Below are positions 49,754 through 59,923 of a stretch of DNA of 64,000 nucleotides, in pieces. Each line of letters begins with the position of its first letter. The first letter of the stretch is position 1. The position numbers and the translations under genes are program-made. This DNA is from an uncultured Acidobacteriota bacterium. GTDB taxonomy: Bacteria; Acidobacteriota; Vicinamibacteria; Vicinamibacterales; UBA2999. The notes beneath the pieces are model-generated. The model did no database searches. It worked only from the letters and a program-made list of their open reading frames with translations, and was not told the DNA's origin. Location of the stretch: positions 53,824 to 117,823 of the forward strand of contig CAVRKI010000001.1 in assembly GCA_963721715.1 (NCBI GenBank). Direction: 5' to 3'.

Positions 49754-52486
49754 TCAGCGTTCGACGGAACCCGCCGTGCGTCGCAGGTGATCGAAGACGT
49801 TGACCAGCAACACCATGGACTCGCGGCGCGCCTCCTCCGATCGGATCACCGCAGCCCGCGAGGAATCCGGCGCGGGGTCCAGCCAGAGCACGCCTGGAGG
49901 AATCCGCATCCAGACGCGGGGCTTCTCGGCGACGAACGTCTGCCCGAGCACTCGATACGGCACCGACATGACGACCTCTTCGGATCGGCCATACATCAGG
50001 TCCTTGTACCACTCCACCCATTCGGCGCCCTCGGTCGACACCTGCCATCGCCCGCCGGGGCCCGGGAAGGGTTGCACGTAGACCTCGGCGCGCCCGGAGT
50101 CGTCCGCGGTGTAGGCCAGCCAGCGGCCATCGGGCGAGAACTCGCCGGCCAGCTCGTTCGCCGGCGTTCCCAGCAGGACGCTCGGCGGGCCCGGGCGCCA
50201 CGAACCCTGGGAGGTGGCCTCCATCGGCAGCACCATCAGATCCGAGCCGGTGCCGCGCCGTTCCTCCGTGAAGAGGAGGTAGCGGCCGCTCGGATGCCAT
50301 TCGACCGGCAGCTGGTGGTTGCGGCTCGTCGTCAAGCGCTGCGGTTCGCCGGTGCCATCGGCACGATGCACGAAGAGGTTGAAGGTCCCGGCATCAGCGC
50401 GCCACGAGCCGTATGCGATGTAGCGGCCATCCGGCGACCAGATCGCCGACCAGTCGTTGTCAGGATGGAAGGTGACCCTCGACATCCGGTCGCCGGCGAG
50501 GTCGTAGACCCAGATGTCCGACTGCGCCCCCTCGCCAATCACCAGCAGCGCCCGCGTGCCGTCGGGCGAGAAGCGCATCTCCTGGTACTCGACGGGTACG
50601 CTGCGAATGGATTCGAACTGGCCGGCAAAATCCATCCACTGCAGGACACGCTGGGGGTTGCGAGCGCGCCGGTAGGCCAGCAGCCCGGTGTCGGAGACCG
50701 AGAACTGCGCCGTGCCACTGGTCGTCGCATAGGCGACGTCTTTCACGACCGGAGTCGCCGGGCCGGCGAGTTCGAGGCGGGTGCGATCGAATGCGGCCGC
50801 GAACAGCTGCCCATCCCGCACGTACAGCACGTGACCGCTGTTGACGTAGCGGCCGTAGAGCCCGCCCTTGTGGATGACTTTCCGCGGCCCGCCGGCCAGG
50901 GGCTGAACCTCGATCGTGCCTTCCCGTGACGCGCTGCGGTCGTCGTGCGACGTGAACAGCACATGGGTCCCACCCGGCAGCACCTGCGGCCACCGGTGCG
51001 TCGTTTCCCCTTCACTGTGCATCGTGGTCACCGGCGTGACCGGCCCACCTTCGGCAGGCACCCGGAAGAGCGGACCCTCGGGTTTCGGGGCGAACACGAT
51101 GGTGTCGTCAGGTGCCCACGCTCCGCCGCGCGCTTCTTCGACCGTGGTGATGGGCGTGACCGTCCCACCGGCGAGCACGACTTTCAGCAGTCGGCCGCCG
51201 GCGAAGAATCCGATGGATCCGCCGTCCGGCGAGAAGAATGGCGCGTACGCCCCTTCCGTCCCGGCGAGCGGCCTGGCGTTCAACTCGTCGAGTCGTCGGA
51301 GATACAACTGCCATCGACCGCCCGCCGAGCCGCGCGCGATGAAGACCATGGCCCGCCCGTCCGGCGACAGCACGACGGTGGGGCCAACCCAGTTGAGGCC
51401 CGCCCATCCCGCGCCGGCGAGAGTGGTCTCGCCGCCGCCATCGACGCCGAGACTGAGCAACGCCAGGTCCGCGGACGCCCGACGCGGCGTGGGCCAGAAC
51501 CAGGCCCCGGCCGCGAGGACGCCGAGTGCCAGTGCCAGCCACGGGACCGTGCGACGCCATCGTCGCGGGTCGGCGACGGATCGGTCGTGAGCGACGCTGG
51601 CCGGCGTCGGTCCAGGGCCGGACACCGGCGTCGAGAGCAGGACGCGCGCCTCACCGATGTCGCGCAGCCTCGTGCGGGCATCGCGCTCGAGACACCGCCG
51701 GAGCAGCATGACGATGCCAGGCGGGATGTCCGCCGGGAGCGCGCTGTAGTCGGGTTCGCGTGTCAGGACCGCCGCCAGCAGGTCGGTGACCGAGTCGCCG
51801 TCGAACGGTTGCCGCCCGGCGAGCATCTCGTAGACCACCACCCCGAACGCCCAGATGTCCGAGCGCTTGTCGACGGCCCGCCCACGCGCCTGCTCCGGAC
51901 TCATGTACGCGGCCGTCCCGAGGATGACGCCTTGCATCGTCATCGCCGGCGCAGTGATGGCCGGCGCACTCGACCGGTCTGCCGTCTGCCGGTTGCCGGC
52001 TGCCGGTTCCGCCGCTTTCGCCAACCCGAAATCCAACACCTTCACCGTGCCGTCGGGCCGCACCTTGATGTTCGCGGGCTTGAGATCGCGATGGATGATG
52101 CCGGCGTCGTGCGCGGCCTCCAGCGCCTCCGCAATCTGGCGGGCGATCGGGAGTGCTTCGTCCAGCGGGATGGGCCCGCGCGCGATCCGCTGTGACAGAT
52201 CGTCGCCGTCAACGAGCTCCATCACCAGCGCGGTGCCCTCGGACGAGAGCTCGAGCCCGTAGACCTGCGCGATGTTCGGATGGTTGAGTGACGCCAGCAC
52301 CTCGGCCTCGCGCTGGAAGCGCGCCAGTCGATCGGGGTCGCCCGACACGTCCGCGGGCAACACCTTCAGGGCCACTTCGCGCTTCAGCTTCGCGTCCCGG
52401 GCGCGATAGACCTCTCCCATCCCACCGGCGCCGAGCATGCCGGTGATCTCGAACGCGCCGAGCCGCGTGCCTGGGGTGAGGCCCAT
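49754..52486 (-). CDS. Ser/Thr protein kinase with TM segment and TolB-like beta-propeller domain
   Basis: GAGGMGEVYRARD, HRDLKPANI, then WD40-like/TolB repeats (FSPDG..). Intact 910 aa. Confidence 0.9.
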   Translation of the reverse strand: MGLTPGTRLGAFEITGMLGAGGMGEVYRARDAKLKREVALKVLPADVSGDPDRLARFQREAEVLASLNHPNIAQVYGLELSSEGTALVMELVDGDDLSQRIARGPIPLDEALPIARQIAEALEAAHDAGIIHRDLKPANIKVRPDGTVKVLDFGLAKAAEPAAGNRQTADRSSAPAITAPAMTMQGVILGTAAYMSPEQARGRAVDKRSDIWAFGVVVYEMLAGRQPFDGDSVTDLLAAVLTREPDYSALPADIPPGIVMLLRRCLERDARTRLRDIGEARVLLSTPVSGPGPTPASVAHDRSVADPRRWRRTVPWLALALGVLAAGAWFWPTPRRASADLALLSLGVDGGGETTLAGAGWAGLNWVGPTVVLSPDGRAMVFIARGSAGGRWQLYLRRLDELNARPLAGTEGAYAPFFSPDGGSIGFFAGGRLLKVVLAGGTVTPITTVEEARGGAWAPDDTIVFAPKPEGPLFRVPAEGGPVTPVTTMHSEGETTHRWPQVLPGGTHVLFTSHDDRSASREGTIEVQPLAGGPRKVIHKGGLYGRYVNSGHVLYVRDGQLFAAAFDRTRLELAGPATPVVKDVAYATTSGTAQFSVSDTGLLAYRRARNPQRVLQWMDFAGQFESIRSVPVEYQEMRFSPDGTRALLVIGEGAQSDIWVYDLAGDRMSRVTFHPDNDWSAIWSPDGRYIAYGSWRADAGTFNLFVHRADGTGEPQRLTTSRNHQLPVEWHPSGRYLLFTEERRGTGSDLMVLPMEATSQGSWRPGPPSVLLGTPANELAGEFSPDGRWLAYTADDSGRAEVYVQPFPGPGGRWQVSTEGAEWVEWYKDLMYGRSEEVVMSVPYRVLGQTFVAEKPRVWMRIPPGVLWLDPAPDSSRAAVIRSEEARRESMVLLVNVFDHLRRTAGSVER

Positions 52487-52563
52487 CTGCCGGTCGCCGC
52501 ATCATACCCGCTCGACGCGATTCGCCACGTGGTGCGCGGTAGAATCCTGACGTCCCCGCCGCG

Positions 52564-53343
52564 ATGACACGATCCGCTTCCTGGCCGCCTGCCTTGCCGA
52601 ACCACGCCGAGATTCGCGCGCTCCTGCACCGGGACCCGTACTGGTCCGTCTACGCCCTGGGCGACCTCGACGCCAGGCGCGCGCACCACTGCGACTGGTT
52701 CACCAGCGGCGACTCGGTGGCGCTGCTCTATCGCGAGTTCGACAGCCCGATCCTGTGGGCCGCCGGTGATCCCCAGGTGCTCGACGCGGTGCCCGATGTC
52801 GAAGGGTGCCATCTGCAGATTCCGGAGTCGTTCCTGCCGGCCGTCGCGAAGCGATTCCCGGTGGAGTGGAGCCGGCTGATGCACCGCATGTCGCTCGCAC
52901 CCGGGGCGTTCACGCCTCACAACGGTGGCGTCGAGGCGGAGCTGCTGGACGAGCGGCACGAGGACGAGATCCGGCAGCTGTTCGAGAATGGTCGCGCGAC
53001 CGGGGAGGAGCCGGACTTCTTCATGCGCAGCCAGCTGCAGGACGGCACCTTCTACGGCGTCCGGCACGAGGGCCGTCTCGTGGCGGCCGGCGGGACGCAT
53101 CTGTATTGCCGCGACGAGAGCGTCGGTGCGATCGGCAACGTCTACACCCACCGGGCGCACCGCGGGCACGGGCATGCCTCGGCGGTGACCTCCGCGGTGG
53201 CGCGCGAGCTGATCGATCGCGGCACCCGCATCATCGCGCTGAACGTGAAGAGCGAGAACCAGGCCGCGATTCGGGTCTACGAGCGGCTGGGCTTCAGGTT
53301 CCATGCGCGCTTCTTCGAGGGCCGTGCGCGAGGCTCCGGATAA
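52564..53343 (+). CDS. GNAT family N-acetyltransferase
   Basis: C-terminal GNAT core [40 protein letters not shown]. Confidence 0.8.
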   Translation: MTRSASWPPALPNHAEIRALLHRDPYWSVYALGDLDARRAHHCDWFTSGDSVALLYREFDSPILWAAGDPQVLDAVPDVEGCHLQIPESFLPAVAKRFPVEWSRLMHRMSLAPGAFTPHNGGVEAELLDERHEDEIRQLFENGRATGEEPDFFMRSQLQDGTFYGVRHEGRLVAAGGTHLYCRDESVGAIGNVYTHRAHRGHGHASAVTSAVARELIDRGTRIIALNVKSENQAAIRVYERLGFRFHARFFEGRARGSG

Positions 53344-53353
53344 GATCGATCTG

Positions 53354-54819
53354 ATGGCTGGCTGGCGTCTCGACCACTCCTACGCAGGGCTCCCCGCGCT
53401 GTTCCACTCCGGTGTGCCGCCCACGCCGGTGCGCGATCCGCGGCTCGTCGTCTTCAACCGGCCGCTGGCGGAGGCGCTGGGCCTCGACGCCGACGCGCTG
53501 GACAGCCCCCACGGCGCCGCCATCTTCGCCGGCAACGCCTTGCCGGACGAGGCCCAGCCGCTGGCGCAGGCGTACGCCGGCCATCAGTTCGGACACTTCA
53601 CCGCACTCGGTGACGGGCGCGCGATCCTGCTCGGCGAGCAGGTCACGCCCAGACGGCGACCGGGTCGATATTCAGTTGAAGGGCGCCGGCCCCACGCCGT
53701 ACTCGCGTCGCGGCGACGGCCGCGCCGCGCTCGGGCCGATGCTGCGCGAGTACATCGTCAGCGAGGCGATGCACGCGCTGGGCATTCCCACATCGCGCAG
53801 CCTGGCGGTGGCGACGACGGGCGAGGTCGTGTTCCGCGAGCGGGCACTGCCTGGTGCCGTGCTGACGCGGGTGGCCGCCAGTCATCTGCGCGTCGGCACC
53901 TTCGAGTGGGCGGCCGCGCATCGCGATCACCGCGGCGATGGCCGCGCTCGCCGACTACACGCTGCACCGTCACTACCCGGAGGCCGCCGAGGCATCGCAT
54001 CCTCACCTCGCGCTCTACGACGCCATCGTCGAGCGACAGGCAGCCCTGCTGGCGCGGTGGCAGCTGGTCGGCTTCATCCACGGCGTGATGAACACCGACA
54101 ACATGTCGCTGGCCGGTGAGACCATCGACTACGGGCCGTGCGCGTTCATGGACACCTACGACCCGGCCACCGTCTTCAGCTCCATCGACTCGCAGGGCCG
54201 CTACGCCTACGGCAACCAGCCGGCGATTGCGCAGTGGAACCTGGCGCGGCTGGCCGAGGCGCTGCTGCCGCTCTTCGACACCGACCAGACGCGCGCGGTC
54301 GAACAGGCCAACGCCAGCATTGGCCGCTTCGTCGAGCGGTTCCAGCATCACTGGCTCACCGGCATGCGCAGCAAGCTCGGGCTGTTCACGGCGCAACCGG
54401 ACGATCAGCAACTGGTCGATGGACTGCTGACCTGGATGCACGACACGAAGGCCGATTTCACCAATACCTTCCGGATGCTGACCACGGCGCGCGAGCTGGC
54501 GGACGATGACGCCACCGGCACGATGACGATGGACCACGCGTTCGTGGAATGGCGCGGACGGTGGTTGCTGCGGCTGGCGGATCAGCCACAGAGCTCGAGC
54601 GAGGTCACCACGCTGATGCAGCGGAGCAACCCGGCCGTGATTCCGCGCAACCACAAGGTGGAAGAAGCGCTGGCCGCCGCCGGGGAGGGTGACCTCACCG
54701 TGCTCGAGCGTCTGCTCGCCGCGCTCGAGGCACCGTACGACCACGAGCGCTCGCGGCCCGAGTTCATCAGCCCGCCGCCAGAGGGCGGACGCCCCTACCG
54801 CACCTTCTGCGGCACCTGA
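53354..54819 (+). pseudogene. selO: protein adenylyltransferase SelO (YdiU/UPF0061), 2 frameshifts
   Basis: [58 protein letters not shown]. Ends TFCGT. Extra bases at about 53651 (VTP|DGDRV) and 53928 (HRD|TAAMAAL). Confidence 0.85.
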
Positions 54820-54878
54820 GGGGAGCGCGCGCCGACCCTGTCCGGACCAGCGGCGCCGTGGCTCCGCCGCGCGCCCGA

Positions 54879-57800
54879 TCAGGGCACCACAACCACCACC
54901 TCGTTGCTGACGACGCTCGACCCCAGCGCGTTCTGCGCCCGCACGCGCACGAAGTAGGTGCCCGGCGGCGCCGGCACCTGCAGCGTGGTGCCCGGACCGG
55001 TGGCCAGCACGGCCAGGTTGGCGAGCCCGCTGGCGCTGCCGGCCTCGACCACGAAGCCGGTGGCCGCGCCCTCGACCGGCGCCTGCCACGCGAGGGTGAC
55101 CAGCCGCGAGGCGTCGACGTTGGCGCGCATCAGGCCCGGCGCCGACAGTGGCACGCCCGCTGCGGGAAGACCCAGCACCACCTCGTTCGAGGCGGCGCTG
55201 CTGCCCGCGCCATTCACCGACCGCAGCCGAACGAAGTAGCTGCCGTTCGGCGCCCCGGCGGCATAGGCAAAGCCCGCCCCGACCGGCAGCCCGGCGGCGA
55301 GGTTGCTGAGCCCGGGCGCGCTGCCGGCGTCGAGCACGAACTGCGACGGGACACCACCGGTGGCCGGCGCGGCCCAGCGGAACACCGCGGTCCCGCCCTG
55401 CGCCTCCACCTGCACATTGTCCGGAGGAGCGGGCAGCGCGGGGGCGCCACCCACCACCAGGCGAATCTCGTTCGACGCGCGGCTGTCGCCCGCCGCGTTG
55501 AGGGCGCGGAGCCGCACGAAGAACGTGCCGTTCGGTGCACCGACGCTAAACGAGGTGGCGGTCGGCGGCAGTGCGATGGTGGCAAGATTCGACAGCGTGG
55601 TGGCGCTGCCTGCCTCCAGTCGATAACCCGTGCGCGTGCCATTGGTGGGCAGTGTCCAACGGAAAGTGACGAGACTGCCGGAGACTGTGGCGACCAGATC
55701 GCGCGGCCGGCCCGACACGCCGGTGACCGCGAGTGTGGATGCAGACGAGGGGTCGCTGAGGGCGGCGTTATTGCGCGCACGCACGCGGACCACCCAGTCG
55801 CCGGCGGAGGGCAGCGGCAACTCGGCGCGCCGCGCCGTGGGCCCGAAGGGGACGGTGACGGTAGGCGGCTGTCCCGACGGACCGGCTTCCACCAGGTAAC
55901 CAGTGGGCGTCACACCGCCCGCGGCCGCATTCCACCGGACCTCGGCCACGCTGCCATCGACTTCGGCGCGAGTGAGCACCGGCGGCTGGGGCGTCAGGAA
56001 CACCGTGGCGGTGAAGCTCTGCGTCAGCGTGACGATGCCGTCACTGAACGTCACGGTGATGACCGCCGCCCCGGAGGCACCAGCGACCGGGACCATGACC
56101 AGCTGCACGGTGCTCGTGTCGAAATCGAAGTCGAGGTTGCCGTTCGGCAGCACCGCCTGATTCGACGAGGTGGCGGTGAGGTCGAAGGCGGGGCCGTCGA
56201 TGTCGTTGGCCACCACGAGCGCGATCAGCGGCGCGTTGTCCTGGCCTGAGACATTGGCGATGGGGCCGAGTGTGGGCAGGTCGTTCACCGAGGTCACGGT
56301 CAACGCAATCGCGCGACGCGTGACACCGCCGTCGGCGTCGAGCAGCGTGACGGTGATAGTGGCGGTGCCGAAGGCGTTGGGACGCGGCGTGATGGTGAGC
56401 GCGCGCGCCGCGCCGGTGCCCGACACGACCAGGCCGGCGGCGTTCACCAGCGTGGCGTTGGACGAGACCGCGGTGAAGACCAGCGCCGATGGTGCGGTGG
56501 GGGCGTCACCAACGGTGAAGTTGAGCACCGTCGACCCGTCCTCGGGCACGGTGGCGAGGGCTGGGCCCGCCAGTGTGGGCGGCGCGTTGCCCAGGCCATC
56601 GACACGCCGCAGCCGGCCGTTGAAGCGATCGGCGATGACCAGGCGACCGCTGCTGTCGAACGCCACGCCGGTCGGGTCGTTGAGTCCGGCCAGCGCCGCC
56701 GGTCCACCGTCGCCCGAGAACGTGCCGAAGTCGAACGACTCGCTGGATTCCACGAACCCGTTGCCAGCCTGCGTCTGGATGGTACCCGCCGCAGACGGGA
56801 CCACCCACACGCGGTGTTGCTGCAGATCTGACAGGTAGAGGTCGCCCGCGGGGTTGGCGGCAATCAGCGTGACGCGGCCGAGCGGCTGCGCGGTGGCCAA
56901 CCCCCCTTCGTTCGGTACACCCAGGGTCCCGTTGCCGGCACGCGTGGTGATGACCCCCGCGGCGATCCGGCGCACGCGAAGGCTGCCGGCCACGTAGATG
57001 CGGCCGGTGCCATCCGCGGCCATGAACTCCGGCGAGGGCAAGCCCGCCGAGAGCGGAGCGCCGCCATCACCACTGAACGTCGTGCTGCCGGTGCCCGCGA
57101 AGGTGGTGATGATGTTGGTCGAGAGGTTGATGGCGCGGATGCGGTGGTTGGCGCGATCGGCGACGTAGAGCACGCCGCTCACCACCACCATGCCCGAGGG
57201 GCTGTCGAACCTCGCCGCCGTCGCCAGGCCACCGTCACCCAGGAAGCCTCTGGTGCCCGTGCCGGCGAACGTCGTGATGATGTTGGTGGTCAGGTTGACG
57301 CGGCGGATGCTGTGCGCGAACGACTGGCTGATGTACAGGTTGCCGGTCCCGTCGAGCACAAGGCCGCCGATGCTGGCGAGACCCGCCGAGATGGCGGGGC
57401 CGCCGTCACCGGACTCAGTGAAGTTGTTGGGAAGACCGGCAATCAGCGTCACGGTGCCATCGACGTTGCGGCGGAACACCTGCGTCGAAGCGCTGAAGTA
57501 GACGTTGCCGATCGTGTCGGCCGCCAGGTGATCGGGGCGGTCGATCTGGGCGTTGGTGCCGGGACCGCTCAGGCCCGAGGTCGGGAGGCCATTGAAGGCG
57601 AGGCCGTTGATGGTTGTGCCGACGATCGTCCGCACCCGGCGGGTTTCGACGATCACCAGCGGGCCGCCGGGGAAGTGCCCGATGGCCTGGGGCGAGACCT
57701 GTGCCGCGGTGGCGGAGCCGCCATCGCCGGTGGAACCGTCCACGCCGGTGCCAGCCACCGCCGACACGATGTTGGTGGCGAGGTTGATGGCACGAATCCG

Positions 57801-58637
57801 CGATGCGCCTGCGAACACCAGCTGGTTGCCGAAGACCGAGATGAAGCTGGCGACGATCTGGGCGTTCAGCGCCGGCCCGCCGTCACCCGTGGAACCCGCG
57901 ACGCCGGTGCCAGCAAATGTGGAGATGATGCCGGCCGGGGTGATGCGGCGAATGAGGGTGCCGCCCGCGCAGTAGATGTTCTGCGCCGCGTCGATACCAA
58001 AGAACCCGCAAAACAGTCCGGCGGCGGTGGCGGGCCCGCCGTCACCCGATGGCCCGGACGTGCCATTGCCGGCGATGTGGGTGACGAAGCGGCTGGAGGT
58101 GTCGATGCGATACAGCAGCAGGCTGTCACCGACCAGCAGCCGGCCGCTGGCATCGAACGCCAGGTGACTGGGGAAGCCGAAGGCGATGTCGTCGCCGGGC
58201 GCACTGGTCCCCTGCTCGGACCCGCCCCCGGCCAGCGATTCCACGCGCCCGTCGCTCGCCCGCACCCGGTAGACGCGGCGCTGCGACTCGTCGGCCACGT
58301 AGAGGTTGCCGGCGGCGTCCACCGCGATACCGCCGATTTGCACGAACCGGGTCGCCACCCCCAACGCACCCTCAATCGTCGGGCCCTGCACCCCGGTGCC
58401 CGCCACCAGCGTAGTGGTGCTCGCGATGATGCGGTAAACGGAGGTGCGGTTGGACACATAGGTCGAGCTGTCGGGGCCGAAGGCGACTGCCGTGCCGCCG
58501 TTCAGCGCGAGGTCCAGCGAGTTCACCCCGCTGCGGGCCGGGTTGCCCGCCAGGGTCTGGATGGTTTGCGCGCCCGCGGGAAGGGCAGCGGCAAGGACAA
58601 CCAGGGCGGAGACCAGTAGACGGAGCGCAAGCGGCAT
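54879..58637 (-). CDS. secreted NHL-repeat beta-propeller protein with cadherin-like and FN3-like repeats
   Basis: Intact 1252 aa. Signal peptide and many NHL units (..LYVAD..N.R(I/V)R..). Two cadherin-like repeats (VNDLPT). Four FN3-like repeats ending GTYFVRVRAQN..VVVVVP. Confidence 0.85.
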   Translation of the reverse strand: MPLALRLLVSALVVLAAALPAGAQTIQTLAGNPARSGVNSLDLALNGGTAVAFGPDSSTYVSNRTSVYRIIASTTTLVAGTGVQGPTIEGALGVATRFVQIGGIAVDAAGNLYVADESQRRVYRVRASDGRVESLAGGGSEQGTSAPGDDIAFGFPSHLAFDASGRLLVGDSLLLYRIDTSSRFVTHIAGNGTSGPSGDGGPATAAGLFCGFFGIDAAQNIYCAGGTLIRRITPAGIISTFAGTGVAGSTGDGGPALNAQIVASFISVFGNQLVFAGASRIRAINLATNIVSAVAGTGVDGSTGDGGSATAAQVSPQAIGHFPGGPLVIVETRRVRTIVGTTINGLAFNGLPTSGLSGPGTNAQIDRPDHLAADTIGNVYFSASTQVFRRNVDGTVTLIAGLPNNFTESGDGGPAISAGLASIGGLVLDGTGNLYISQSFAHSIRRVNLTTNIITTFAGTGTRGFLGDGGLATAARFDSPSGMVVVSGVLYVADRANHRIRAINLSTNIITTFAGTGSTTFSGDGGAPLSAGLPSPEFMAADGTGRIYVAGSLRVRRIAAGVITTRAGNGTLGVPNEGGLATAQPLGRVTLIAANPAGDLYLSDLQQHRVWVVPSAAGTIQTQAGNGFVESSESFDFGTFSGDGGPAALAGLNDPTGVAFDSSGRLVIADRFNGRLRRVDGLGNAPPTLAGPALATVPEDGSTVLNFTVGDAPTAPSALVFTAVSSNATLVNAAGLVVSGTGAARALTITPRPNAFGTATITVTLLDADGGVTRRAIALTVTSVNDLPTLGPIANVSGQDNAPLIALVVANDIDGPAFDLTATSSNQAVLPNGNLDFDFDTSTVQLVMVPVAGASGAAVITVTFSDGIVTLTQSFTATVFLTPQPPVLTRAEVDGSVAEVRWNAAAGGVTPTGYLVEAGPSGQPPTVTVPFGPTARRAELPLPSAGDWVVRVRARNNAALSDPSSASTLAVTGVSGRPRDLVATVSGSLVTFRWTLPTNGTRTGYRLEAGSATTLSNLATIALPPTATSFSVGAPNGTFFVRLRALNAAGDSRASNEIRLVVGGAPALPAPPDNVQVEAQGGTAVFRWAAPATGGVPSQFVLDAGSAPGLSNLAAGLPVGAGFAYAAGAPNGSYFVRLRSVNGAGSSAASNEVVLGLPAAGVPLSAPGLMRANVDASRLVTLAWQAPVEGAATGFVVEAGSASGLANLAVLATGPGTTLQVPAPPGTYFVRVRAQNALGSSVVSNEVVVVVP

Positions 58638-58680
58638 CAGGATCCTCGGGGAAAGCGGCCAGGCGGGGGCGAGCGGATTG

Positions 58681-58686
58681 TATAAT
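58681..58686 (+). promoter_or_regulatory. candidate -10 hexamer TATAAT
   Basis: Perfect TATAAT ending 13 nt upstream of ATG 58700, implying a near-leaderless transcript. No good -35. Confidence 0.35.
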
Positions 58687-58699
58687 TCTCCGAGACCAC

Positions 58700-59891
58700 A
58701 TGGGTATCTTCCTCGACTCCGTTCCGCTCTCCGCCATCGTCAAGATCCGCGACCTGATGTACACGGTGAAGGAGCCGTTCCGCCTCGATCAGGGCGACGT
58801 CTCCTTCGACGCGCCCGCCACGTTCAAGCTGGCGGTGCAGAAGGCCCTGGAGCAGAACCACACGCACTACCTGCCGACGACGGGCGTGCCGCGGCTGCGC
58901 CAGCTTCTGATGGAGAAGATGCAGCAGAAGAACGGCATCCCGATTGGATCGGCAGACGAGGTGCAGGTGACCAACGGCGGCACCCACGCCATCTACGCTG
59001 CGATGCACGCGGTGCTGGAGCCGGGCGACGAGGTGATCGTGCCCGACCCCGAGTGGCCGCCGACGATGGCCATCATCATGGCGGCGCGCGGGGTGCCGGT
59101 GCCCGTGCCGCTGCGCGAGCACCTGGGGTTCCGCTGGGACATCGACGAGGTGGAGCGCGCCATCACACCGAAGACGCGCGCGTTGTACATCAATTCGCCG
59201 AACAACCCGGCCGGGGGCATCCTCACGCGCGCGGATCTCGAGCGCCTGGCGGCGATCGCGCGCGAGCGCAACCTCCTGGTGTTCTCGGATGAAGCTTACG
59301 AGGACATGGTGTTCGAGGGCGAGCACGTGAGCATCGCGTCGCATGCCGGGGATGTACGAGCGGACGATTCCGCTCTACACCTTCAGCAAGACCTACGCGG
59401 TGACCGGCGTGCGCATGGGCTACTACGCGATCAAGGATCCGGTCCTCCGCTCGCGGGCGATGAAGGTGGTGCTCTACACCACCAGCAATGTCAGCTCGCT
59501 CACCCAGTACGGCGCCATCGGCGCGCTGGAAGGCTCGCAGACCTGTATCGAGGAATTCAAGACCGAGCTCAAGTTCCGCCGTGACATGTTCTACGCCGGC
59601 GTGGCGGACGCGGCGCCTGGCATCCTCAGCGGCACGCCGCCGGCGGGGGCCTTCTACGCGTTCCTCAAGATCAACGCGGACTGGGTGAAGGACCAGGGCC
59701 TGCCCGGCGAGTCGGTGTCGTGGGCCATGGCCGAGCATCTCATCAAGGGCGCGCGCATCGGGTGCGTGCCGGGCGTGGACTTCGGGGCGGCGTCGGAAGG
59801 CTATCTCCGGTTCTGCACCTGCCGCAGCCGCGAGGAGCTGACCGGCGCGCTGGCGTCGATGAAAGCGCTGTTCTCCGCCGCGCGGGTCTGA
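58700..59891 (+). pseudogene. pyridoxal-phosphate-dependent aminotransferase (class I, aspartate aminotransferase-like), one frameshift
   Basis: NSPNNPAGG and YTFSKTYAVTGVRMGY (PLP Lys). ORFs 58700.. and 59343..59891 join as ..HVSIAS|MPGMYERTIPLY.. without the base at about 59342. Confidence 0.85.
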
Positions 59892-59923
59892 CGCTGAGCG
59901 CGGACGAGGGCGGCGCTCAGACA

